Below, in pieces: positions 30,001 to 38,963 of a stretch of 64,000 bases of DNA. The notes below the pieces were generated by a model that did not search any database, was not told the DNA's origin, and worked only from the letters and a program-made list of their open reading frames with translations. This DNA is from Spirochaetia bacterium. Its GTDB lineage: Bacteria; Spirochaetota; Spirochaetia; WTKD01; G963693115. The position numbers and the translations under genes are program-made. Where the stretch lies: the NCBI GenBank assembly GCA_965226055.1, contig CBDDCA010000005.1:416001-480000 (forward strand), written 5' to 3'. The first letter of the stretch is position 1. Each line of letters opens with the position of its first letter.

Positions 30001-33000
30001 TACACGGTATATACAAGATTACTGTTATCTGTTATTGTTTGTCCTGTACTGTCTTTTGCATTCGTAAACTGTGTCAGTTGTGTGAGTTCTAGCTTTAATT
30101 TTTCTACTGCGCTTGATTGTCCCAACGATAGTATATTGTTCACTAAGGATTGTTTTGGCGGTACTGCTGGTGATACTGTAATGCTCTCTATAGTACTCAA
30201 TACTTTTTTTGTCTTGTCTGTTGCTACTGCTACCTCTGCTACAAAATGATACTGCTTGCCTGCTACAAGCGATACTTGTGCTGCTGAATCGCTTGTTAAT
30301 CCTAGCTTATCCAATGCTTCTACTGTGTATACTCCTGCAGTGTTTGCTCCACTGGCACTGCCTATGGCTACTTTTCTTCCATTGCTTACTACTTCTTGTG
30401 CATTTGCTGGGTTCGTATCTTTCTGTAAGCCGTACACTGTGTAGCTTAGCCCTGTGTTATCGTTTATCGCTGCTCCTGTGTCTGCTTTGAGTCCTGTAAA
30501 ACTTGTCAATCTTCGTAATGTGAGCTTTACGGCTCCTGTACTACTTGATTGTTCCATAGAAAAATTACCAGACAATGCCCCTGCTGATGGTGCTACTGCT
30601 TCTGAGTCTGTCGTCACACTTTCTACATTGCCTACTACTTTCTTAGTCATATCTGTTGCTACTGCTACCTCTACTACAAAATGATATTGCTTATTGCCAA
30701 GTATCCCTACTTGTGCTGAAGAGTCTGTAGTAAGCCCTAACTTATCTAAGCTATTGACTGTATACTTGCCTGCACTTACTGTGCCTATGGCTACTTTCCT
30801 TCCTGCAAGTACTTCATTTTTCGTAGGTGTGGTATCTTTCTGTAAGCCGTACACTGTGTAGCTCAGTCCTGTGTTATCGTTTATCGCTGCTCCTGTGTCT
30901 GCTTTGAGTCCTGTAAAGCTCGTGAGTACTGTTACTTCTAGCTTTACTTCTCCTACTGTTGTCGATTTACTCACTGCTAATATATCGTTCACTGAGGACT
31001 GCTGAGGTGCTACTGCTTTTGACGCTGTCTTTACTGTCTCTACAGTACTGTACACTTTCTTTGTTGTATCTGTTTTTACTGCTACTTCTGCGACAAAATA
31101 GTAATCTCTGTTACCTTTTATCGTTTCTACTGAGGGACTTGCTCCGAGTGTTGTGAGTGCATTGATCGTGTACTTTCCGCCACTTACTGCTCCTAATGCT
31201 ACTTTCTTGTTATTGTTTACTATATCCTGTATACTTGGGGCTGTTCCTGTCTTTTGTAGTCCATATACTGTATAGATAAGTCCTGCATTGCTAGTAATAT
31301 CTACTCCTACATCATCTTTTGCATTCGTAAATTGCGTTAATACTGTGAGATCTACTTTTACTGCTCCTACTGTTGTTGATGTACCCACCACTAATATATC
31401 GTTCACTAAGGACTGCGCAGGTGCTACTGCTTTTGATGACAGTACTACCGTCTTTATTGTTCCTACTACTTTCTTTGTCACATCTGTCTTTATTGCTACT
31501 TCTACTACAAAATGATACTGCTTTCTCTCTACTATATCTATTTGTCCTCCTGCATCTGTGGTAAGCCCTAACTTACTCAAGCCAGAGACTGTATACTTGC
31601 CGTCTCTTGCACTTCCTATGGCTACTTTTCTTCCATTGCTTACTACTTCTTGTGCATTTGCTGGGTTCGTATCTTTCTGTAAGCCATATACGGTATATAC
31701 CAGTCCTGCATTACTGGTGATTGCTGTGCCTGTATCGTCTTTTGCTTGTGCACTTGCAAAGTTTGTCAATTCTGTGAGTTCCAAGTCTATCGTGCCTGTT
31801 GGTATTGGGTTTGTTTCCTCTACTGTCAAGAGCGGGTTTATTGCAATTTGTAGCGGTGCTTTTGCTTGCGAGCCTGTTGTCACACTTTCTACTGCTCCGT
31901 ATACTTTCTTGGTCGTATCTGTTTTTACTGCTACTTCTACCACAAAATGATATTGTGCTTTCCCTTTTATTGCTATTTGTACCTTTGGTGTTTCGCTTGT
32001 CAAGCCTAATTTATCTACTCCATCCTGGGTATACTTGCCTCCACTTGCACTTCCTATGGCTACTTTTCTTCCATTGCTTACTACTTCTTGTGCATTTGCT
32101 GGGTTCGTATCTTTTTGCAAGCCATATACGGTATATACCAGCCCGTCATTATTGGTTATCGGATTTCCTGACGCATCTATTGCATTGGTAAATGCTGTCA
32201 ACTCGGTCACTTCTATTTTTATTGTCCCTTCTCTTGTCAGTGACTTACTCACTGCTAAGATATCATTCACTAAGGACTGGGCTGGCGGTACTGCTTGTAC
32301 TCCTTCCATTGTCAGCTTCTTTATTGTTCCTGCTGTTCCGCTTGCCACTTTTGTGCTATTGAGTGTATTTATCGCTGCTACTCCTACCGTATAGGTCTTT
32401 TTGTCTTCTCCTGCAAAGGTGATGCTGTGCTTGGTCGCACTATTGCTTCCTTGTACCACACGGCTTCTTACTCCGCTTTCTGCTTGTATTTCGTCTAGGG
32501 TGCTATGGTCTCCTTCTGCTATGTACACTCTATACTCTACTTGTGATTGTGATAACTCCGTCCCTGCTGGTGTTTTATACGATGCTCCAAATGTTCCTAT
32601 ACTAAACTCATAGATCCCCTTAAATGATTGTGCTTCTTTTAAGGTTGCTCCACTGGGCATAGGGGGGGCTGTCGATACACTATCCCATACTTTGAGCTTT
32701 GTGCTTGCTATGTCTGTTGCGGGACTTACTTGCCCGCCTTTTATCTCTACAAGAAAAAATCCGTATTCTTTTGCTGTTCCTTCTGTGCTTGCTACTTCTA
32801 GGCCATCTGCTATCCCAAAGTATACTTCTTTTGTACTTCCTGTTATGCTCTTTTCTGCTACGACTGTTGCTCCTTCGTTCATCCTTACTCGATAATAGAT
32901 ACTACTTCCAGGGCCTGTCTTAAATGCTACCTTTGCTCTTATTGCCCCGCTCTTATCAAGCGTAATCCCTTCTACTCCATCCTTTGAGGGGGCTGCTAGT

Positions 33001-34745
33001 GCTGCTGGTACTGTCACCTCTGCTGTTTTTTCACTCTCGTTTCCTGCATAATCTTTACTCAATATCTTTACTTCGTAGGTCTTTCCTGATTCTAAACTTG
33101 CTATTTCTTTATAGAAACGGGTCGCTGGATACTTCACTGCTGTCGATGGCAACACTTCGGTATTGGGGGCTTCTTTCTCTGCTACACTTACTAGATATTC
33201 TTTTATGTCTTGATTTTTCGCAAGTATAGTATTTGGTGCTCCCCACTCTATACGCAACGCTTTCTTGCCTCCTGAAAGCACTACTTTACTGGTGATACTT
33301 CCTACGGCATCAGGTGCTTCTGTATCTGCATTTGTGAGTGTTGTCACTTCTTTTTCTGCTGCTGCTCCTTCGTTATCAGCACTATCAAGCGATACGACTT
33401 TCACCTTGTATTTTGTTGCTGCTTCCAAGCCTGTTATTTCGGCATTCCTTACACTACTGCTCCTTATCGTCTCTGTCTTTACTACTGTTATCCCTTGCAT
33501 TACTGTTATCTTTACTCCTGCATAATCTCCTACTTGCGGTGCTTGCCAGCTTACTATCACTCTAGTTTGCCCTGCTACTACTCCCACATTTGTTACTGTT
33601 TCTGTCTGCTTATCGGTGGTGGTTCCTTCTTTCTCTACTGCCGTGTAGTATCTCCCGTTCTTATAGGGTCGCACTATCGCTTTGTAGCTCTGTACTCCAT
33701 AGAGCTTGGTTACTGCTACGCCATTCTGCCCTACATACAGCATCCCTTTTTCTTCTGTCGCATTTGCTACTTGGGCAACACTGTTTTTTGTCACACGAGC
33801 ATCTGCTACTACTTGTCCCGTGCTTGTCTCTACTACTACCAACAGTTCTACTTCACCGCTTACATCGTAATTCCCCCATGTAATAAGCAGACTCTCATCT
33901 GCTGCTGCTCCTGTTTTATCTTTTGCTTCTACTTTTACATTTGATGCTTGTAACGCAGGCACTGCTTCTCCGAGCTTTGAGGGATCTATATCTGTCAATT
34001 CTTCTTTTATGCTTGCTTTGTTGCCATTGATATCTTCATAGACTATCTTTACATCGTAGCGTACATTACTGCTTGTCGCTACCGAAAACGCAAGCTCTCC
34101 GCTCTCTATATTGGTTATTTCTTTTTTCGCTACTACCTCTCCTGATGCATTTTCTATTTGCACCTCTGCTTTGCTTATATCGGTTTTGCCTTTCCCTAGC
34201 CTCTTTGTGTCCCATACTACTTTGAGCTGGTTGTCTCCTGCTTTCTCTACTCCTACATGAAAAAAGCCATCTTGCGGGGCAGTGGTATCCGCTGCGGTAA
34301 TAATTTCTTGCGATACCTTTGACGACTTCTGACTTCCTGATTGTGCTTCTACCTCTATCGTATAGGCGGTATGCTCTTTCAAGCCTTTTAGCTCATATTT
34401 TAGCCTTCCCAGAAAGAGTTCTTTATATTCCTGTGCGGGTACTGTTACGCTAAAAGACTGCCCTGTAGTGCCTACGGGACTTGCAGTGATGACTACACTG
34501 TCCGCTGCTACTGGTGCTTCCCAGCTGAGCTCTAGTGATCCATTATCTGCTACTGATGTTATCGATAAATCTGATACTGACCCAAGTGTTGTCGGTGTCG
34601 GTGGAGTAGGATCAGACCCTCCTCCTGATGAACTGCTACTACTATCTGTACATGCTATGAGTATAGCAGCTATCACTATATATACGAGAAAAGAGAGTTT
34701 ACCCCCCCCCCCCCCCATTTTTCGTGTTATATTATTTCTTATCAT
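27069..34745 (-). CDS. Giant modular surface lipoprotein: FnIII-like domains, 8 repeats of ~140 aa, putative Ig domain, C-terminal BspA/DUF285 domain
   Basis: Lipobox ILIA-C followed by SSSSSSGGG; WEAP/WQAP FnIII motifs; repeated YTVYGLQKD..YHFVVEVA; C-terminal FNQDISxWxVSNVxxMxxMF repeats; SD AAGGAG. Confidence 0.9.
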   Translation of the reverse strand: MIRNNITRKMGGGGGKLSFLVYIVIAAILIACTDSSSSSSGGGSDPTPPTPTTLGSVSDLSITSVADNGSLELSWEAPVAADSVVITASPVGTTGQSFSVTVPAQEYKELFLGRLKYELKGLKEHTAYTIEVEAQSGSQKSSKVSQEIITAADTTAPQDGFFHVGVEKAGDNQLKVVWDTKRLGKGKTDISKAEVQIENASGEVVAKKEITNIESGELAFSVATSSNVRYDVKIVYEDINGNKASIKEELTDIDPSKLGEAVPALQASNVKVEAKDKTGAAADESLLITWGNYDVSGEVELLVVVETSTGQVVADARVTKNSVAQVANATEEKGMLYVGQNGVAVTKLYGVQSYKAIVRPYKNGRYYTAVEKEGTTTDKQTETVTNVGVVAGQTRVIVSWQAPQVGDYAGVKITVMQGITVVKTETIRSSSVRNAEITGLEAATKYKVKVVSLDSADNEGAAAEKEVTTLTNADTEAPDAVGSITSKVVLSGGKKALRIEWGAPNTILAKNQDIKEYLVSVAEKEAPNTEVLPSTAVKYPATRFYKEIASLESGKTYEVKILSKDYAGNESEKTAEVTVPAALAAPSKDGVEGITLDKSGAIRAKVAFKTGPGSSIYYRVRMNEGATVVAEKSITGSTKEVYFGIADGLEVASTEGTAKEYGFFLVEIKGGQVSPATDIASTKLKVWDSVSTAPPMPSGATLKEAQSFKGIYEFSIGTFGASYKTPAGTELSQSQVEYRVYIAEGDHSTLDEIQAESGVRSRVVQGSNSATKHSITFAGEDKKTYTVGVAAINTLNSTKVASGTAGTIKKLTMEGVQAVPPAQSLVNDILAVSKSLTREGTIKIEVTELTAFTNAIDASGNPITNNDGLVYTVYGLQKDTNPANAQEVVSNGRKVAIGSASGGKYTQDGVDKLGLTSETPKVQIAIKGKAQYHFVVEVAVKTDTTKKVYGAVESVTTGSQAKAPLQIAINPLLTVEETNPIPTGTIDLELTELTNFASAQAKDDTGTAITSNAGLVYTVYGLQKDTNPANAQEVVSNGRKVAIGSARDGKYTVSGLSKLGLTTDAGGQIDIVERKQYHFVVEVAIKTDVTKKVVGTIKTVVLSSKAVAPAQSLVNDILVVGTSTTVGAVKVDLTVLTQFTNAKDDVGVDITSNAGLIYTVYGLQKTGTAPSIQDIVNNNKKVALGAVSGGKYTINALTTLGASPSVETIKGNRDYYFVAEVAVKTDTTKKVYSTVETVKTASKAVAPQQSSVNDILAVSKSTTVGEVKLEVTVLTSFTGLKADTGAAINDNTGLSYTVYGLQKDTTPTKNEVLAGRKVAIGTVSAGKYTVNSLDKLGLTTDSSAQVGILGNKQYHFVVEVAVATDMTKKVVGNVESVTTDSEAVAPSAGALSGNFSMEQSSSTGAVKLTLRRLTSFTGLKADTGAAINDNTGLSYTVYGLQKDTNPANAQEVVSNGRKVAIGSASGANTAGVYTVEALDKLGLTSDSAAQVSLVAGKQYHFVAEVAVATDKTKKVLSTIESITVSPAVPPKQSLVNNILSLGQSSAVEKLKLELTQLTQFTNAKDSTGQTITDNSNLVYTVYGLQKDTNPANVQEIVSNGRKVAIGTVSGGKYTVEALDKLGLTSDSAAQIDLDGGKKYHFVAEVAIARVPEKRVYSTVQRITVSQAVAPQQSLVTDILTVRSDPSVNRGGIVVNVTLLTTFTGAKKFDGSNVTANADLEYNAYLLKDTGSIPTAAEVHTGGTEISLSKLVQGVSLFANTFTFTVQSETKYHFVVEVVIKSDTAKTVYSSVKAITSTKISSEAIAPPKVLLDNKLAVSQSSPIGAIKLVLTQLSEFAHGSGLDRVYTQTRGGDNINDNKELVYIVFGLQQDTVPTAQEVIDKGSEIVLPALSGSTVKGGKYTLNALSTVGGASIKGKRYHFVFQIAVKTDLDAKVVSDVESILVDTLVPTEVNAITFTSISGGANGTATVQWDAPTLGNNYKNKAGTALQASQVSYKVYHAEKGATARTVAQIKAADSSPMTIGANVKTAGLTSLKAGVNYEVVVQAVNSTDTTKMSDGKRAEFKTAQGAAPNTPTVALEANGNTIEVDVTAPSFKGTKTDGTGLTEDELSYTLYYYASTSTLTAAQVKTQAQAEQAKGSNQDAKVGGVKTDVTSKAIYVLGNLNKGQKYFITVEAVNSIVNNRSIPTSAESVTTATFTIELQNSNSTYTVGTAITPITITKDPGNATFSCTIDALAKETGLQFSVRDGITGKPNKSNEHDPFIREYKYTLVCTGTGSHAGQQRRSITIQTGLQAVQGKAANYYRPTTKNALRDIIDAEVKAQGNAPNLNMIDTSAITDMEYLLYNQGSYTYQYLKPTKFNGNISNWNTSNVTTMSNMLVDAWVFNRDVSQWDTSNVTDMDGLFKANVKFDQDISGWNVSNVRSMSQMFYANADFNQDISDWDVSNVQDMSSMFLAADKFNQDISKWKVHNVSNMDRMFRLTKAFNQDISDWTIQANISYKDMFKEATAFDQNLSKWKICTYKASDTFDAMFTGSAMAGKTAQYPTKLDSSSNKDVCF
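28911..32297 (-). repeat. 8 intragenic repeats of about 140 aa
   Basis: Units begin A(V/K/I)(A/P)P and end YHFV.EVA; near-identical DNA block cctatggctacttttcttccattgcttact at ~29930, 30361, 31615 and 32054. Confidence 0.85.
34702..34716 (-). repeat. Poly-G15 tract inside the signal-peptide coding sequence
   Basis: 15 consecutive C on the plus strand, encoding M-GGGGG. Confidence 0.9.
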
Positions 34746-34788
34746 ACATCACTCCTTATGATATAATTTTATTTTTATCAACTTTTAC

Positions 34789-34817
34789 ATTATATATATT
34801 ATTTCCTATTTTGTCAA
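34789..34817 (-). promoter_or_regulatory. Consensus sigma70 promoter of the giant lipoprotein gene
   Basis: TTGACA (34817-34812), 17-nt spacer, TATAAT (34794-34789). Confidence 0.85.
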
Positions 34818-34824
34818 TATAGAT

Positions 34825-34841
34825 AAAAAAAAAAAAAAAAA
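34825..34841 (-). repeat. Poly-T17 tract just upstream of the -35 box
   Basis: 17 consecutive A on the plus strand, 7 bp upstream of TTGACA. Confidence 0.85.
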
Positions 34842-34967
34842 TACACTTTTTTTATCGCATATCCCTTATATCTGAAAGCACTAGCATATAAGTATAGTAC
34901 TAAAGAAATAAAAGTACTATACTAAAAAAAGAATAAAAAATATATACATATATAATAAGGAGTTATT

Positions 34968-37685
34968 ATGAAAGAAACATTGGCATATATATCTTTCTTT
35001 GGCAAAGGTATATCCGAAGGAGATTCATCAATGAAAGAAATACTAGGAGGAAAAGGAGCTAATCTTGCTGAAATAGCAGGCTTAAACATACCAGTTCCTC
35101 CTGGATTTACGATTACTACCGAAGCTTGTGCAAAATACAATGAAACAAAAAAGTTTCCTCCAGGACTAAAAGAGAGTACTAAAAAAGCAATCACTCGACT
35201 TGAAACTATACTTTCAAAAAAGCTAGGAGATTCTAAAAATCCATTATTAGTATCAGTTCGTTCTGGAGCGGCAGTATCAATGCCTGGCATGATGGATACT
35301 ATTCTTAACCTAGGGCTAAATGATACATCTGTTATAGGACTAGCACAGTCTTCTCAAAATGAACGTTTTGCATGGGATGCCTATAGAAGACTTATCAATA
35401 TGTTTGGTAATGTTGTATACAACATGAACCATCATGATTTTGAACAAGCTCTTACAAAAGTAAAAAATGAGTATGATGTAGAACTAGACACTGAGCTTAA
35501 TGCAGAAGCATTAAAAAAAGTAGTACTTGCATATAAAGCTCTTTTTAAGAAACATGCAAACAAAGATTTTCCTCAAAATGCACACACACAATTACAAGAA
35601 GCTATTTTAGCAGTATTTAGTTCATGGAACAACGAACGTGCTATAACATATAGAAAACTAAATAAAATTTCTGGATTATTAGGAACAGCAGTAAATGTGC
35701 AGTCTATGGTATTTGGAAATTTTGGGCTTGATTCTGGTACTGGTGTTGCTTTTACTCGTGATGCATCAACAGGAGAAAAAGTATTTTATGGTGAATATCT
35801 TATGAACGCTCAAGGAGAAGATGTAGTAGCAGGAATACGAACACCAAAAAAAATACATGCTCTAAAAAAACAACAACCAAAAATATATTCTCAATTAGTA
35901 GCAATAAAAGATAAGTTAGAAAAACATTATCGTGATATGCAAGACATAGAGTTTACCATAGAACAGGGAAAACTGTATATTTTACAAACAAGAAGCGGAA
36001 AACGCACTGGTGCAGCAGCAATAAAAATTGCTGTAGATATGGTAAAAGAAAAACTCATTACTAAAGAAGAAGCATTACTTCGTGTTGATGGAGAACTATT
36101 TCAACAGGTATTTCATCCCCGTATTGATGATAAAGCAAAAAAAACATCATCTGTACTAGCAAAAGGAATCAATGCATCTCCCGGAGCAGCAGTTGGCAAG
36201 ATAGTTCTCTCTTCAGAGGAAGCACAAGCCGCTGCCCAAAAAGGCATTAAAACGATATTAGTACGCGAACAAACATCCCCCGAAGACATTGGAGGAATGA
36301 GTGTAGTACAAGGTATCCTCACAAGTACTGGAGGAATGACAAGTCATGCTGCAGTCGTAGCAAGAGGAATGGGAACTCCCTGTATTGTTGGTTGTTCTGC
36401 ACTACAAATAAAAGATGGAAGTGTAATTATAGCTGATAAAGAATATCCAGTAGGAACAATACTTACCTTAGATGGTTCTACAGGAGAAATATATGATACT
36501 GCACTTCCACTTATTGAAGCAAGTATTAACAATGATATAAAAGCATTCCTCAGCTATGCCGATCAAATACGATCAGCTGCAAAACGCCCTAAAGATCATC
36601 CTTCAAGTTTTAATATTCGAGCAAACGCTGACACTCCAGAAGATGCCTTAAAAGCACGAAATTGGGGAGCACAGGGAGTCGGATTATGTAGAACAGAACA
36701 CATGTTTTTCAACGAAGATAGAATACGCATTTTTCGAGAAATGATACTAGCCGATGATCAAAAGAGTAGAAAAAAAGCATTAGATAAGCTCCTTCCTTTA
36801 CAAAAAAAAGACTTTGAAGGCATTCTCACTGCAATGAAAGGATTGCCAGTAACTATTAGGCTTCTTGATCCACCTTTACATGAATTTTTACCACAAGAAG
36901 CAAAACAGCAATCTGAGCTAGCATCTATGCTTAATATCTCTATTACTGAAATACAACACAGAATACAAAGACTTCATGAAAGCAACCCTATGATGGGATT
37001 GCGTGGATGTAGACTAGGAATTATATATCCTGAAGTATATGAAATGCAAATTAGAGCAATCATCAATGCTGAAATATCATGTCTTAAAAAAGGCATTAAA
37101 GTAAAACCTGAAATAATGATACCGTTAGTAGGCTCATATACAGAATTAGCACGCCTTAGAGAACTTGCACAATCTATAATAAAAGAAGAAAAACAAAAAA
37201 ATAAACTCAGTATTAGTTCAAAAATAGGCACTATGATAGAAATCCCTCGAGCAGCCATCACTGCAGATCAAATTGCTCAATATGCAGATTTCTTCTCTTT
37301 TGGCACAAACGACTTAACACAACTTACCTATGGTTTTTCAAGAGAAGACACCTCTTCTTTCTTTCCTAATTACCTTGATGAAAAAATATTAGAAAATGAT
37401 CCATTCCAAATACTAGATACTACAGGAGTGGGCTTTCTGGTAAAACATGCTACTATTGCAGGAAGAACGACAAAGCCAAACCTTTCTCTCGGCATTTGTG
37501 GTGAACACGGAGGAGAACCCCACTCCATCAACTTTGCGTACCAATGTGGATTAAACTATGTATCCTGTTCTCCATTAAGAGTACCTGTTGCACGCCTTGC
37601 TGCAGCTCAAGCAGTAATAAAATCAAGCAATCAAAAGGCTACTTCTATCAAAAAAACTACTAAAACAACAAAAAAGAGTACGTAG
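34968..37685 (+). CDS. ppdK: Pyruvate, phosphate dikinase
   Basis: LGGKGANLAE, VSVRSGAAVSMPGMMDT, GGMTSHAAVVARG, GLCRTEHMF, SFGTNDLTQ, GICGEHGG. Confidence 0.97.
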   Translation: MKETLAYISFFGKGISEGDSSMKEILGGKGANLAEIAGLNIPVPPGFTITTEACAKYNETKKFPPGLKESTKKAITRLETILSKKLGDSKNPLLVSVRSGAAVSMPGMMDTILNLGLNDTSVIGLAQSSQNERFAWDAYRRLINMFGNVVYNMNHHDFEQALTKVKNEYDVELDTELNAEALKKVVLAYKALFKKHANKDFPQNAHTQLQEAILAVFSSWNNERAITYRKLNKISGLLGTAVNVQSMVFGNFGLDSGTGVAFTRDASTGEKVFYGEYLMNAQGEDVVAGIRTPKKIHALKKQQPKIYSQLVAIKDKLEKHYRDMQDIEFTIEQGKLYILQTRSGKRTGAAAIKIAVDMVKEKLITKEEALLRVDGELFQQVFHPRIDDKAKKTSSVLAKGINASPGAAVGKIVLSSEEAQAAAQKGIKTILVREQTSPEDIGGMSVVQGILTSTGGMTSHAAVVARGMGTPCIVGCSALQIKDGSVIIADKEYPVGTILTLDGSTGEIYDTALPLIEASINNDIKAFLSYADQIRSAAKRPKDHPSSFNIRANADTPEDALKARNWGAQGVGLCRTEHMFFNEDRIRIFREMILADDQKSRKKALDKLLPLQKKDFEGILTAMKGLPVTIRLLDPPLHEFLPQEAKQQSELASMLNISITEIQHRIQRLHESNPMMGLRGCRLGIIYPEVYEMQIRAIINAEISCLKKGIKVKPEIMIPLVGSYTELARLRELAQSIIKEEKQKNKLSISSKIGTMIEIPRAAITADQIAQYADFFSFGTNDLTQLTYGFSREDTSSFFPNYLDEKILENDPFQILDTTGVGFLVKHATIAGRTTKPNLSLGICGEHGGEPHSINFAYQCGLNYVSCSPLRVPVARLAAAQAVIKSSNQKATSIKKTTKTTKKST

Positions 37686-37717
37686 ATATTGGCTTTAATA
37701 TACAATAAATAAGGCAC

Positions 37718-37755
37718 AATAAAAAAGTGATGGTACATACCATCACTTTTTTATT
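37718..37755. terminator. Bidirectional terminator between ppdK and rnhA
   Basis: AATAAAAAAGTGATGGTA-ca-TACCATCACTTTTTTATT. Confidence 0.88.
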
Positions 37756-37782
37756 CTTTTATCCTTTACCAATAATATACAA

Positions 37783-38226
37783 TTATATAGATATATTACT
37801 CATACTTTCATTTACAAGTGTATCACATAACTCATTATACTCATTATTATCATGACCTTTCACCCACACCCATCGTATAGTCACTTGTTCATTGAGCATA
37901 TGTAGTTGCTCCCATAATTGTTTATTCAATACAGGTTTGCGATTACTTGCTTTCCAATTATTACGTAACCATTTATCAATCCATTCAGTGATGCCTTTTT
38001 GTACATATTGAGAATCAGTATACACTGTAATAATACTTTTTGGACGCACTCTTTCTATCCATAATAGAGATTTTATTGCAGCAATAAGCTCCATTCTATT
38101 ATTAGTAGTGTCAGAAACAGCTTCACTCTCAGCATAGGTATACTTTGGAACATAAAAAGCCCATGCTCCTAGCCCAGGGTTTCCTCGACACCCTCCATCA
38201 GTATAAATCTCTAATTTATCATTCAT
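37783..38226 (-). CDS. rnhA: Ribonuclease HI
   Basis: YTDGGCRGNPG, TTNNRMEL, TDSQY, WVKGH, NELCD. Confidence 0.95.
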   Translation of the reverse strand: MNDKLEIYTDGGCRGNPGLGAWAFYVPKYTYAESEAVSDTTNNRMELIAAIKSLLWIERVRPKSIITVYTDSQYVQKGITEWIDKWLRNNWKASNRKPVLNKQLWEQLHMLNEQVTIRWVWVKGHDNNEYNELCDTLVNESMSNISI

Positions 38227-38271
38227 TATAATTATTATCCCTTTCTTTTTTATTTCCTTTACTATTTTCTA

Positions 38272-38955
38272 CTATGGAAGTGGTAGAAATACCACAGAAA
38301 AATCATTATCCAAATATTTTTCCTTAAAAGATTTTATCTTAAAATTTTTTGATTGCAAATACGTAATAAGTGTTTCAGGATTATGATAATTAAAAATAGA
38401 ATACTTATACTTTGAATCTGTATGCAAAAAATTACACACAACCCCTTTTTTAGCACTCTTACACATTATTGAAAGGGCAAATTCAATAACAGCATACTTA
38501 GCAATTACCTTTTCTTCTGGATCCTTAAAATAATTACTCGCATCTAAATTCCATACACCAGAAAGAAACACTACATCATAAGAATTAGGCAGTACAGTAA
38601 CATCACTCTTTAGTATATCAAAAACAGAAAAATATGCATCAGGAAAACGTTTTTTTACTTTTTTAATATACTGTGGATTACTATCAATACCTGTATATTG
38701 ATATTGTAGTTTTTCTTGACACATATACTCAAAAAGAGCAGCATACCCACAACCCACATCAATTACAGTATTACCCATCTTTAGATCTAGCTCTTTTTGG
38801 GCCAACTCTACCAGTACTTCAAACCGCTTAAATTGTGATTCACGACTCATCCATCCTAACAGCTCATCACTATCATCCTTGTCTGTATTAGAATAAAACA
38901 CAGAGGTCACTTTTTTATAAACTTCTAAAACTTTTTGAACCAATGGGGTAAGCAA
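38272..38955 (-). CDS. Class I SAM-dependent methyltransferase
   Basis: LGW..ESQFKRF, VIDVGCGY, YTGID, YDVVFLSG. Confidence 0.8.
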   Translation of the reverse strand: MLTPLVQKVLEVYKKVTSVFYSNTDKDDSDELLGWMSRESQFKRFEVLVELAQKELDLKMGNTVIDVGCGYAALFEYMCQEKLQYQYTGIDSNPQYIKKVKKRFPDAYFSVFDILKSDVTVLPNSYDVVFLSGVWNLDASNYFKDPEEKVIAKYAVIEFALSIMCKSAKKGVVCNFLHTDSKYKYSIFNYHNPETLITYLQSKNFKIKSFKEKYLDNDFSVVFLPLP

Positions 38956-38963
38956 AATATCAC

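Noticed and set aside
27937-34761. Many Leu-rich plus-strand ORFs
   Set aside because: Antisense shadows of the 2558-aa lipoprotein gene
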